20,000 nt of DNA from the NCBI GenBank assembly GCA_037310415.1, contig CP147780.1, positions 773,066-793,065 on the forward strand, given 5' to 3'. Each line of letters begins with the position of its first letter. Positions within the stretch are counted from its first letter, which is position 1. Under the pieces are notes generated by a model. The model saw only the letters and a list, made by a program, of their open reading frames with translations, was not told where the DNA came from and searched no databases. Below are positions 1 through 8,314 of this stretch, in pieces. Source of the DNA: Candidatus Atabeyarchaeum deiterrae. Its GTDB lineage: Archaea > Asgardarchaeota > Atabeyarchaeia > Atabeyarchaeales > Atabeyarchaeaceae. Position numbers and translations under genes: made by a program.

Positions 1-1493
1 GATATCCGACTTGCGTCTCCTACGAGTCCAGCAACTAAAGCTGTAAGCACAGACTTGATCTCTGCGAAACTGGCTGCAGAATGTGCGGTGGTGGCGGCAA
101 AATGCAGTTCTTGCCCCACACCTACTTCAGATTCGACCTTTGAGTGAATCACTTCCCCCACCTCGAACAATCTCTGAGGCAGTTTTTCATGTTTATTTAT
201 TTTCAGAGTTCTCATTAGACCAGGCAGAAGTGACTCTCTCAGAATACTGTACTCCGAACTGACTGGGTTTTGGAGTTTTGCCAACGGCTTACCTTTCACC
301 CTCATGTAATCATATTGTTCGACTTCGTTTGTCAATGTGAAATTCACGATCTCTTGATATCCCATTCCGATCATGAGTCGTCTGGCAGATGATTCATGCT
401 TTCCGATGATGTGGAGCTTTCCCATTGTAAGGCACGAAGGAATCTTGGGTTGAATGTTATAGTACCCATAACCAACTGCAACCTCTTCTACCAGATCTAC
501 TTCATGTAGTATGTCAACTCTATAGGGTGGAACCAGTACGCTCAGTCTGCCTTCCTTGATGACTTCTGCGTCAAATCGCTCCTTTCTCAGGCAGTGCGCG
601 ATTTCGGTGGTCTTGAGTTGCAGACCTAGAATTCTGTTGACGTATTCGGTTGAGAGGGAAAGCTTTGCAGGTTTGAGAACTGGTGTCACCGTCCTCTTCT
701 CACCCTCAACTAGAGTTATAGATTCGATTTTACCACCCATCTCAGCAAGTTGGGTGACAATCAAGTTGAGTGCGTTGTTAACAGATATGAACGATGTGCC
801 GGTGACATCTATGAACAAATTACTCGTGTTATTGTTAACCTGAGTTCTCATGCCATTAATTATTGGTGGAAAGGAAAGCACTCGACCATCCTTATCAACT
901 ATTATTGGGTATTTTGGAAAACCGTCAACGAGATGTCTGTAAGCTATACCTTTGGAATGTGTGGTTAGAATTTCTTCCATGTCTAGTTCAGTGTTTGATC
1001 CGAGAGGAGTGAACTTGATCGATTTCGGACCAACAGCCTTGTAGGTGAAAGGTGGCGTGACTGTGTCAAGGTTGTGGAGTCCTATTGAGGCCTTGCGTCG
1101 ATCTCTTCCGACAGCCCAGTGTATGTCCTCTTGAGCAGCCATCAATCCCTCAATATCAGAATCCGACAGTTTGATGTTTTTGCAGACGGCGCCAACGATA
1201 AATGGTCTAACTCGCTTCACTGATTCGTCAACAACTAATAATATCTTCCCTTTAGTGACAACGTACTTAGGAAGACCCGTTTCTATCTCCTGCAATCCTC
1301 TAAGCGCTCTAGCGATTCCCTCTTGGCTAGACAGATCGGGTCTGTTGGGGTTGTACTCTATTTTAATCCAATCTTCGCCTCTCTCTTCGATTTCGACACC
1401 TATCCAAGGGATTCTCTCCTCAAGTTGTTCCAACGTTATGCTCTTATGTAACAGTGCGGCCATTTTTTCGAGATTTAACTTAACTAGAGGCAT
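1..1493 (-). CDS. pheT: phenylalanyl-tRNA synthetase beta subunit, partial (C-terminus off window)
   Basis: Hand translation of the minus strand from ATG at 1493: MPLVKLNLEKMAALLHKSITLEQLEERIPWIGVEIEERGEDWIKIEYNPNRPDLSSQEGIARALRG..., typical archaeal PheT N-terminus (EYNPNRPDLxSxEGIARALRG); directly follows pheS. Confidence 0.93.
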   Translation of the reverse strand, partial: MPLVKLNLEKMAALLHKSITLEQLEERIPWIGVEIEERGEDWIKIEYNPNRPDLSSQEGIARALRGLQEIETGLPKYVVTKGKILLVVDESVKRVRPFIVGAVCKNIKLSDSDIEGLMAAQEDIHWAVGRDRRKASIGLHNLDTVTPPFTYKAVGPKSIKFTPLGSNTELDMEEILTTHSKGIAYRHLVDGFPKYPIIVDKDGRVLSFPPIINGMRTQVNNNTSNLFIDVTGTSFISVNNALNLIVTQLAEMGGKIESITLVEGEKRTVTPVLKPAKLSLSTEYVNRILGLQLKTTEIAHCLRKERFDAEVIKEGRLSVLVPPYRVDILHEVDLVEEVAVGYGYYNIQPKIPSCLTMGKLHIIGKHESSARRLMIGMGYQEIVNFTLTNEVEQYDYMRVKGKPLAKLQNPVSSEYSILRESLLPGLMRTLKINKHEKLPQRLFEVGEVIHSKVESEVGVGQELHFAATTAHSAASFAEIKSVLTALVAGLVGDASRI

Positions 1494-1507
1494 TGATCTG
1501 CACCACT

Positions 1508-3073
1508 CTACTGCTTCTGAGGATTGCTCCTTAACCAAGTCAACTCATTTCTATACGGGATTCTGATGTCACCCAACTCTAATCGTATCATAAGCAGTCT
1601 TTCGAGGCCTAAACCCCATGCCAGCACAGGATATTTGATATCTAGTGGTTTAGTGACCTCGGGTCTGAAGATTCCCATACCCCCCAGCTCTAGCCACCTT
1701 CCTGAGCTCGTTACTTTTCCATCTTGGTCAACAGCCTTTTTTTCGATGTACACAATTGCCTCTGCGCTCGGCTCGGTATAGGGGAAATACGAGGGCCAGA
1801 ATTGGACTCTCCTGAAACCTAGACGACCATAGAATTCTTTGATAATACCCATCAAGTCTCTTAAAGAGACATCCCTGTCCATGACTATTCCTTCAACCTG
1901 ATGGAATTCTGCCAAGTGTTTGTAGTTTACCTTTTCATTTCTATATACGCGATCGACCGAGAACACTTTAAGGGGGGGATTGGGATGAGAAGCAAGGTAT
2001 CTTATGGTAGTAGCAGTCGTGTGAGTTCTAAGGATCACCTTTTGGGCTACCTCTGGACTCCATTTGTACCCCCAACCAGTTGATCCAGTCTCCCATCCAT
2101 CCTCGTGGGTCTGTGCAATTCTTCTTACTATGCTTTGGTCTGGAAGCTTGGCCTTGGAAGGGGTGGACAGATAGAATGTGTCATGCATTTCCCTTGCAGG
2201 ATGATCCTGCGGCTGGAATAGAACATCAAAGTTCCAAAAAGCAGATTCGACTAGATTTCCTTTGATCTCTTCAAAACCCAGTTCAAGGAAGATCTCTCTT
2301 ACCTCTTCGATCAGTTCCACTATTGGGTGGTATCGGGCAACGAAGACCGGTTCGACGGATGCCGAGACGTCGAAGGTCTTGAAGTTGGCTGTCCTCCAGT
2401 CGCCAGATCTGATCATTTCAGGAGTGAGTTGTGTCACCTCATCAAATACGGTGATACCGTGGCGCGACAATTCCAATCCATTATTTGTTATCTCCAACGA
2501 TCTTGATCTGCGTTCGACGATGTCGACCAGCTTACGTTTTTGAAGGGAACTAATGATGTCCCTGTACTCTTTTTTGAGAGAGGATATTGGCACTTCTTTC
2601 GATGTTGACAACTCGGTGATGAGTGCCTCGTCAGAACCTATGCTGGGTTTTGTCGACGATCTGAGGTAGAGTCTTCCTCCATCCTTTGCCGCGGAGGCCC
2701 AGTTTTTCCTCTTCAGCCAACCTAGCGCTATGGCCGCCTCTTCTTCTGAGAGCGACAGATCTCTCTTAAGTGATTCAAATTCAGCGGTTCCATGTCCCTT
2801 TTCCACAATGTAGTCTATTATGATTCTTTCGGGGAGACCGAACTTGAAGCATCTTACCCCTTCACTGGTTAATCGAATATTGGAACCCGCTGACTCATAG
2901 ATCTTTAGAAACCCTCTCTGTGACAGCATCGTAGCTGCGCCGATTATTGTAGCTTGGTCGAGCTTCAGGTCTTCTACAAGTTCGTTTAAATCGATCCTTG
3001 TTCTAGTTGTGGCCAAGGTCTGCAGAATCAATGCTTCAACTCGGTCTAATCTTGTTGAATTGCTCAATGACAT
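1508..3073 (-). CDS. pheS: phenylalanyl-tRNA synthetase alpha subunit, with N-terminal winged-helix region
   Basis: ORF contains class II aaRS motifs (HPxxxMHDTFYL, HTTATTIRYL, KVFSVDRVYRNE, HQVEG, GLGLERLLMI). Confidence 0.97.
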   Translation of the reverse strand: MSLSNSTRLDRVEALILQTLATTRTRIDLNELVEDLKLDQATIIGAATMLSQRGFLKIYESAGSNIRLTSEGVRCFKFGLPERIIIDYIVEKGHGTAEFESLKRDLSLSEEEAAIALGWLKRKNWASAAKDGGRLYLRSSTKPSIGSDEALITELSTSKEVPISSLKKEYRDIISSLQKRKLVDIVERRSRSLEITNNGLELSRHGITVFDEVTQLTPEMIRSGDWRTANFKTFDVSASVEPVFVARYHPIVELIEEVREIFLELGFEEIKGNLVESAFWNFDVLFQPQDHPAREMHDTFYLSTPSKAKLPDQSIVRRIAQTHEDGWETGSTGWGYKWSPEVAQKVILRTHTTATTIRYLASHPNPPLKVFSVDRVYRNEKVNYKHLAEFHQVEGIVMDRDVSLRDLMGIIKEFYGRLGFRRVQFWPSYFPYTEPSAEAIVYIEKKAVDQDGKVTSSGRWLELGGMGIFRPEVTKPLDIKYPVLAWGLGLERLLMIRLELGDIRIPYRNELTWLRSNPQKQ

Positions 3074-3226
3074 GCACCCTTTTGCATTCGACTGTGGATT
3101 CTGGCGGAAGATGCCTCAAGATCGTCAACAATATAGATCATACATTGGGCTTTTATGACAGATTTGCTCGAAGCCCATTAAAACTCTTTGGTCAAGGTCC
3201 CTACTGGTTCATTGTTGATCCAGGGT

Positions 3227-3691
3227 CTAACTATTCCTGAGCGAAGAAGATAGTTTTTCCCTGATTTTGCTTGACCTAATGATCTCTCCATCCTTGCCAA
3301 AAATCATCTTGACTACTATAGGCTGAAGATGAGTTAATCCCTCTTTGCTTCTAGCTGAGTTTATTTCTCGAACCACGCTTGAAGTTTCTTGGCTAACGAC
3401 AACCGCTTCCATTTGAGGGTCATCCACTGCCGTGCCAAACCTACTAGAAATAGGCACTAACTCTGCTCGATCAAGTTTACCTTCGTTGGCCAGAAACTTC
3501 TTTATATCGTCAACCCTGCGCTTGTAGGGATATATCAATTTTCTCATAGTTTTCCCTCCCAGTAGTCTACCTTTGGTTACGCCTATGATCACCTTCTCAC
3601 CCACTTCGAATGCCTTGCGGAGCAATGCCTTGTGTCCGTCATGTAAATGGTCAAATGTTCCCCCGACACCAACACGTCTGAACTTATGCAA
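3227..3691 (-). CDS. coaD: phosphopantetheine adenylyltransferase, archaeal type
   Basis: Nucleotidyltransferase motif VGVGGTFDHLHDGHKALL and IIRSSKIR near the C-terminus. Confidence 0.9.
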   Translation of the reverse strand: MHKFRRVGVGGTFDHLHDGHKALLRKAFEVGEKVIIGVTKGRLLGGKTMRKLIYPYKRRVDDIKKFLANEGKLDRAELVPISSRFGTAVDDPQMEAVVVSQETSSVVREINSARSKEGLTHLQPIVVKMIFGKDGEIIRSSKIREKLSSSLRNS

Positions 3692-3790
3692 AGTGATTCA
3701 GACCTTCGTAACGCTCGGTTAAGCTAATAACTTAAATGTACTCTAGGTGATAAAAACATATTCTCAAAATGAATGCCCAGTCTGAGGTGA

Positions 3791-4705
3791 GTGAGAATTA
3801 CTACGCCAAGTAGTGCGGAATTGAAGCTTTACAGAAAGGCTGGACAAATTGCATCAACTGTAATGAAAGGGATTAGACCTCTTGTCCAGCCCGGGAAAGA
3901 GATCATAAAGATCTGCGAAGAAGCAGAGAGCAAGATCAGAAAGAATGGTGGTAAGCCAGCTTTCCCATTGAATGTCTCCGTGAATAATGTGGCAGCTCAC
4001 TATACTTCACCTCTCGATGACCGAAGCACAATTCCAGAAAAGGGACTTGTGAAAGTAGATCTTGGAGTTTCAATCAATGGTTATCTAGTCGACACCGCAA
4101 CAACTATTGATCTAAGCTATGAGAGGACTAGACTTGTAGAAACCGCTGAACAGGCCCTTAAAGCAGCAATATCCTCCATCAGAGCTGGTACTAGTGTAGG
4201 CGATGTTGGCAAAACGATAAACTCCATAATCGGACGCGCGGAACTGAAACCAATTTCGAATCTTACAGGGCACAGCATAGCACGATACGAGCTTCACTCT
4301 GGAACATCCGTTCCTAATATCTCAATGCATTTTACTCATGTAATGAGGGAAGGCGAGATCTACGCTATCGAGCCATTTGTCACCGAAAAAAACGGGAAAG
4401 GTTTCGTTAAGGAAACCAGAGATGCGTACATCTTTAGCTGCAAAGTAGACAGGTCCCCAAATGATGTGAGAGACAGCGCTGATGCAGAAGTATTAAACAA
4501 ATTGAGAAGAGAATTCGACAAACTTCCATTCGCACTCCGATGGCTGAACGGCGACATTATTGATCTGAAAGGAATTGAGAAGCTTGTGAAAAAAGGGAAT
4601 CTCGTTTCGTATCCTGTCTTGGTAGAAGCAGGCAATAAACTCGTTGCACAAGCAGAGCACACGCTGGTTGTCTCAAAGTCAGGCTGTGAAGTATTGACTG
4701 CATAG
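3791..4705 (+). CDS. map: methionine aminopeptidase, type II archaeal
   Basis: FPLNVSVNNVAAHYTSP, KVDLGVSINGYLVDTATT, GHSIARYELHSG, AIEPF motifs. Confidence 0.96.
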   Translation: MRITTPSSAELKLYRKAGQIASTVMKGIRPLVQPGKEIIKICEEAESKIRKNGGKPAFPLNVSVNNVAAHYTSPLDDRSTIPEKGLVKVDLGVSINGYLVDTATTIDLSYERTRLVETAEQALKAAISSIRAGTSVGDVGKTINSIIGRAELKPISNLTGHSIARYELHSGTSVPNISMHFTHVMREGEIYAIEPFVTEKNGKGFVKETRDAYIFSCKVDRSPNDVRDSADAEVLNKLRREFDKLPFALRWLNGDIIDLKGIEKLVKKGNLVSYPVLVEAGNKLVAQAEHTLVVSKSGCEVLTA

Positions 4706-4717
4706 TTTGCTTGAGTG

Positions 4718-5110
4718 TCAAGATGCTGAAAGCTGAGTCTTCTGCAGAGGAATAGTGTATATAGTCTTTACGTAAGTCTCTCCATCGCATTCTTTACATT
4801 TGCCAAGGGTTTTGTAGACGTAATCTCCTCTCTGGAAATCTCTCACCTCAGTGTAGCTACACTTGTTGCATTTTGTCACTGTTACTGTTCTATTTACCTG
4901 GGCCTGCACTGGTGGTCTCCATGCTGCACCAGTAGTCGAGAAGAAAAAGGAGAATACCAAGACACCTATTATGATTATCCACCAATTATCGCTTTGAACA
5001 CCTATCATAACAAGGTAGATCCCAGCTACAAAGAAAAGCAGACCTATTATCACAACAAGCGCCCGTGCTCCCGACCCTGGTTTTTTTTGCGGCTGCTCTG
5101 GATTGCTCAA
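4718..5110 (-). CDS. small membrane protein with C-terminal zinc-ribbon-like motif, unknown function
   Basis: 130-aa ORF with two hydrophobic segments (ALVVIIGLLFFVAGIYLVMIGV, WWIIIIGVLVFSFFF) and CNKC...CKEC pairs. Confidence 0.7.
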   Translation of the reverse strand: MSNPEQPQKKPGSGARALVVIIGLLFFVAGIYLVMIGVQSDNWWIIIIGVLVFSFFFSTTGAAWRPPVQAQVNRTVTVTKCNKCSYTEVRDFQRGDYVYKTLGKCKECDGETYVKTIYTIPLQKTQLSAS

Positions 5111-5132
5111 AGGAATCCCCTCTGCTTTCGGG

Positions 5133-6272
5133 CTACCCTACTCCCACCGTGTTTCCTATGCCAGCTATGAGTACCGTAGATCCAAGTTCTGTTCGATCCC
5201 TGATAATCTGTTTGACTCTTTCAACAACTTTGTCTGCTGCGTCAGCGATTTCCTTTTTCATCGGCATCACTGCTTCCTCAATGGCTTCCTTCACAAGTAT
5301 CGCGTCCAATGGGATGTCGTACTTTACAGCAGACTCTTCAATCTTATACTTCTCAGGACCTGGGTCGCCAATTGCGGCACCGACGCCTTCAACTACGTCG
5401 CCAGTAGTCTCCCCCTCAAGTTTGCCAGCAGCGTCAATCATTATAATCCTTGAGATGTGCCCCTTATGATCCTCGACTATCCTCTCAATAGCCTCTCCAG
5501 GTTTACCAACTCGGCTGCCTGGTCCCTTGGCCCTGACAAGGAGAACTTTTCTCTTCTCAAGCTGAATCTCTGCAACCGTAACTTCCTTGGCCACGTCTTC
5601 CGTTATGATTGGGCTTTCTCCATTTTTCTTATATTCATCCGCCAGGCGAGCTATGACAAGCGGTCCCAGTCCATCACCTATCGGTTTGCCCAGTGAGAAC
5701 GCTTTCAATGCTTCAAGATAAGCTTTGGCGATTTGCATGATTTGCGCTAGCTGCATTTGTATTTGCAGAGAAATATACATGTTCTTCGTCTTTTTCCCCA
5801 GTAGGTAGTAGTGCCTGACTACTTTGAAGATGAAGTACACGGCACCTGCCGCTTCGAGTGTTCCCTCAAGATTTGAAGCCTCATCCTTGCTGGCGTTTGG
5901 AGCCATTCTTGTGACAGCATCTTCCCACCTTGACTTCCTGACATCTAAGACGTGATCCAGCCTCTGAATCACGCCAGCCGGATCAATATTGACTGGTTCT
6001 ATGGTCACAAATTCTAGCATCGATTCCACAGATTTAGTAGGATCTTCGCTCGTTTTGCCGAGGTCCTTTATCGCCTTAGTAGTTATCTCTTTTCCTTCAT
6101 CTGACATCCGGTTCAATCGGATCATAGCGGCCTCTATCTGTTTGTTCCACCTCCAAACCTGAAGAGATTGCGCATAGAACACACTGATGAATATCATGAC
6201 AAACCACAGTATCTGAATAATCAGATTGAAGTCCACGCCAAATATGGTGAACTGCAAAGGCAAACTAGTCAT
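5133..6272 (-). CDS. DUF1512-like conserved archaeal membrane-anchored protein (start reassigned to MTSLPLQFTIFG)
   Basis: Long ORF 5133..6404; internal Met at 6272 begins a hydrophobic N-terminus, and a TATA-like box (ctttttataaac, about 6346-6357) lies upstream of it. The sequence resembles the archaeal DUF1512 family from memory. Confidence 0.72.
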   Translation of the reverse strand: MTSLPLQFTIFGVDFNLIIQILWFVMIFISVFYAQSLQVWRWNKQIEAAMIRLNRMSDEGKEITTKAIKDLGKTSEDPTKSVESMLEFVTIEPVNIDPAGVIQRLDHVLDVRKSRWEDAVTRMAPNASKDEASNLEGTLEAAGAVYFIFKVVRHYYLLGKKTKNMYISLQIQMQLAQIMQIAKAYLEALKAFSLGKPIGDGLGPLVIARLADEYKKNGESPIITEDVAKEVTVAEIQLEKRKVLLVRAKGPGSRVGKPGEAIERIVEDHKGHISRIIMIDAAGKLEGETTGDVVEGVGAAIGDPGPEKYKIEESAVKYDIPLDAILVKEAIEEAVMPMKKEIADAADKVVERVKQIIRDRTELGSTVLIAGIGNTVGVG

Positions 6273-6482
6273 TCCAAAGTCATCTCCTGCTGGTCTCTCG
6301 AAGTCTTCGCGACTTTCAGACAATAACGGGTAATGAACCAGCTTTTTATAAACTTGTGTATTTAGGCAAACGATGAATAAAGAGAAATCGAGCGGGACTC
6401 CCAAAAGGATTTTAGGGAGTTGAGAGAATATCCGTTATGACAGTTTAATCATGGCTCCGCATCGGGGCTTTTGAGTTTTAGT

Positions 6483-6659
6483 GTGGCAACAATCCGTGGT
6501 CGGAACGGGAACGGGTGTTACACCCCGCCTATGACCGGCGGCGAACCGCCAGCCGTCCAAGCTTCCCGAAGGGTCTCCCACTTCAGTACAACAAGGATCG
6601 CGCGAGGGCTTAACTCTCACGGCCCAGGTAGGTACCTGATGGCTTTCACGTGTTGCCAC
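6483..6659 (-). rRNA. 5S ribosomal RNA, circularly permuted gene order (3' portion, UUCG linker, 5' portion)
   Basis: Minus strand: GTGGCAACA-[leader hairpin]-GAGAGTTAAGCCCTCGCG...TTGTACTGAAGTGGGAGACCCTTCGGGAAG...GGACGGCTGGCGG-TTCG-CCGCCGGTCATAGGCGGGGTGTAACACCCGTTCCCGTTCCGACCACGGAT-TGTTGCCAC. All 5S landmarks are present but in permuted order; helix I (6554-6546 / 6541-6533) is closed by UUCG. Confidence 0.9.
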
Positions 6660-6691
6660 CAAATCTGTGTCTATTACCAGAAGATAGATTT

Positions 6692-6700
6692 CTTATAAAC
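6692..6700 (-). promoter_or_regulatory. TATA-like box for the permuted 5S rRNA gene
   Basis: Minus strand GCTAAGTTTATAAGAAATC; centred about 26 nt upstream of an expected start near 6670, just before the terminal helix. Confidence 0.6.
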
Positions 6701-6776
6701 TTAGCGATGGCAGACAGTTCGACGAAGTTTTCCGCAGAAACATTTAACTATACGAATCAAGGCATCTCATAATCTA

Positions 6777-7007
6777 GGGGCCGTAGCCCAGTAGCTGCGA
6801 AGCAACACAGTTGGGTAACTCGGTAAGGCGACGGGCTCCAGAGAATTGAGACTGCTCAAGTAGGACCGTTAAGGGATGACGAATTTCTGGAGCGGCCTAG
6901 AAGAAACCCGTAGAGTGAACAACCGAAGTGCAAATTCACGCGAAAATCAGGAGTTCAAATCTCCGCGCGACTCGATGCGAGGCGTGAGAATCTCCTCGGC
7001 CCCACCA
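6777..7007 (+). tRNA. tRNA-Trp(CCA) with four introns; CCA tail encoded
   Basis: Acceptor GGGGCCG (6777-6783)/CGGCCCC (6997-7003); A73 then CCA; anticodon stem ACGGG (6831-6835)/CCCGT (6907-6911); loop CTCCAG...A; T arm AGGAG-TTCAAAT (6949-6960) and CTCCT (6992-6996). Introns about 6792-6818, 6842-6905, ~32 nt in 6912-6948, and ~6960-6991. Removing them leaves about 77 nt. Confidence 0.87.
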
Positions 7008-7075
7008 ACCAAATAGCAACACGAGGAATTGAGCCTAGGTTTTTAGTTTGTTCTCATCACGGGCATCCGTAAAAA

Positions 7076-7176
7076 TGGTGGGCGAGAGGGGATTTGAACC
7101 CCTGACCACGTGGTCCCGAGCCACGTATCATACCAGTCTAGGGTCTTCCTTAACTCCCTATCTAGACTACCCGCCC
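7076..7176 (-). tRNA. tRNA-Pro(CGG) with D-loop intron; CCA encoded
   Basis: Acceptor GGGCGGG/CTCGCCC, anticodon arm CGTGG-CTCGGGA-CCACG, T arm AGGGG-TTCAAAT-CCCCT, ACCA end; about 24 extra nt in the D loop between repeated TAGA sequences. Confidence 0.88.
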
Positions 7177-7334
7177 AGTGAACAGTATTCTACTACTGAC
7201 ATTTTGCCAATTGTGGCTACCGGGATAGTATGACTTGACTTAATATTACCAAAAGAGTAATATAAAAACAAGTTGGGATAACCTCTTGATAGATTCCTTC
7301 ATCAGTTTTTCTGTTCGAGGGAGTTCGTGAAGTC

Positions 7335-8054
7335 ATGGAGTCGTCGCTTGACAAGGGAAGGCTGGGAAGACTTGCTCGCAGGATAGCAGGAGAAATATCA
7401 CTCTCAGATGATCCTGGGAAAACAATGCGCAAGTGGAGAGAGATATTCCATGTGAATCAAGCTGACTTATCCCAATGTCTCAAGATCTCTCCCTCCGTAA
7501 TAAGTGACTATGAGAGTGGTCGAAGAAAGTCTCCAGGAACTAGGGCGATCAAAAGGTTCGTTGAGGCGTTGCTCCACATCGATGAAAAGAGTGGCGGCGG
7601 AGTCAAAGCCGCATTTGAGCGATTGCTCAGCGTTGAGGTTCCGACCGACATAATTCTGGACATTAAGGAATTCAATTTACCTGTTAGAGCTCAAAAAGTC
7701 TGCGATGCATTGCAGGCGAATGTTGCGGCTCGCGAAGACTTACTCGACAGAGAATTACTAGGATATACAGTTGTCGATGGCTTGGGAGCGCTGAACGAGC
7801 TTTCTGGAGAGGCTTTTGCAAAGCTGTTTGCGACAATGGATCAAAGAGCACTTATTTTTACTCAGATTAGTACTGGCAGATCTCCTTTGGTGGCAGTTAA
7901 GGTTGGGGAAGTCAAGCCGAGTCTCGTGGTTCTACACGGTCGAGGAGAGGTGGAATACCTTGCGGTGGAGATGGCTCAACGCGAAGGAATTCCACTATTG
8001 GTCTCTCAGATAGAGTCGGTAAGTGAACTAATAAGACGGCTTCGCGAGCTTTGA
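7335..8054 (+). CDS. XRE-like helix-turn-helix transcriptional regulator with C-terminal archaeal domain
   Basis: MRKWREIFHVNQADLSQCLKISPSVISDYESGRRKSPGTRAIKRFVEAL is a clear HTH_3-type motif. Confidence 0.88.
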   Translation: MESSLDKGRLGRLARRIAGEISLSDDPGKTMRKWREIFHVNQADLSQCLKISPSVISDYESGRRKSPGTRAIKRFVEALLHIDEKSGGGVKAAFERLLSVEVPTDIILDIKEFNLPVRAQKVCDALQANVAAREDLLDRELLGYTVVDGLGALNELSGEAFAKLFATMDQRALIFTQISTGRSPLVAVKVGEVKPSLVVLHGRGEVEYLAVEMAQREGIPLLVSQIESVSELIRRLREL

Positions 8055-8314
8055 TTCGTCTTCATCTCATATCCATTTATGCCATAGAAATTTGCAAATA
8101 GTCGAATCAGAGCGAGTGTTACAATGAAAAAGTTTAAGAATTGCAGATGCTCCCTTCGTAAACAAAACCTCACATCGTTCATCTATCCATTTCTATCATG
8201 GTCGCTTTATGACATCGTTTTCTGATTTCGTGGATATCTGGTGCAACACGGTGTCTCCTCGGTTTGAGATGTAGGTGCGCATGTGGAATTGTTTCGAATT
8301 AGAGGGATCTATCA

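Noticed and set aside
3692-3790. Possible C/D box sRNA (GTGATAA...CTGA) upstream of map
   Set aside because: Distance between boxes about 25-30 nt is too short for a double guide and there is no clear C'/D' pair.
6483-6659. Interpretation of this region as SRP RNA or as two unrelated 5S fragments from a tandem duplication
   Set aside because: No SRP S-domain motif. The halves are joined by only UUCG closing a perfect helix I, the reassembled length is 119 nt, and the terminal stem and promoter fit one designed unit.
6435-6698. ORFs 6435..6662 (-) and 6471..6698 (+)
   Set aside because: They overlap the structured permuted 5S rRNA gene; open frames are a by-product of its GC-rich sequence.
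7048-7233. ORF 7048..7233 (+), MFSSRASVKMVGERGFEPLTTWSRATYH
   Set aside because: Translation of an antisense tRNA-Pro gene; classic spurious tRNA-derived ORF.
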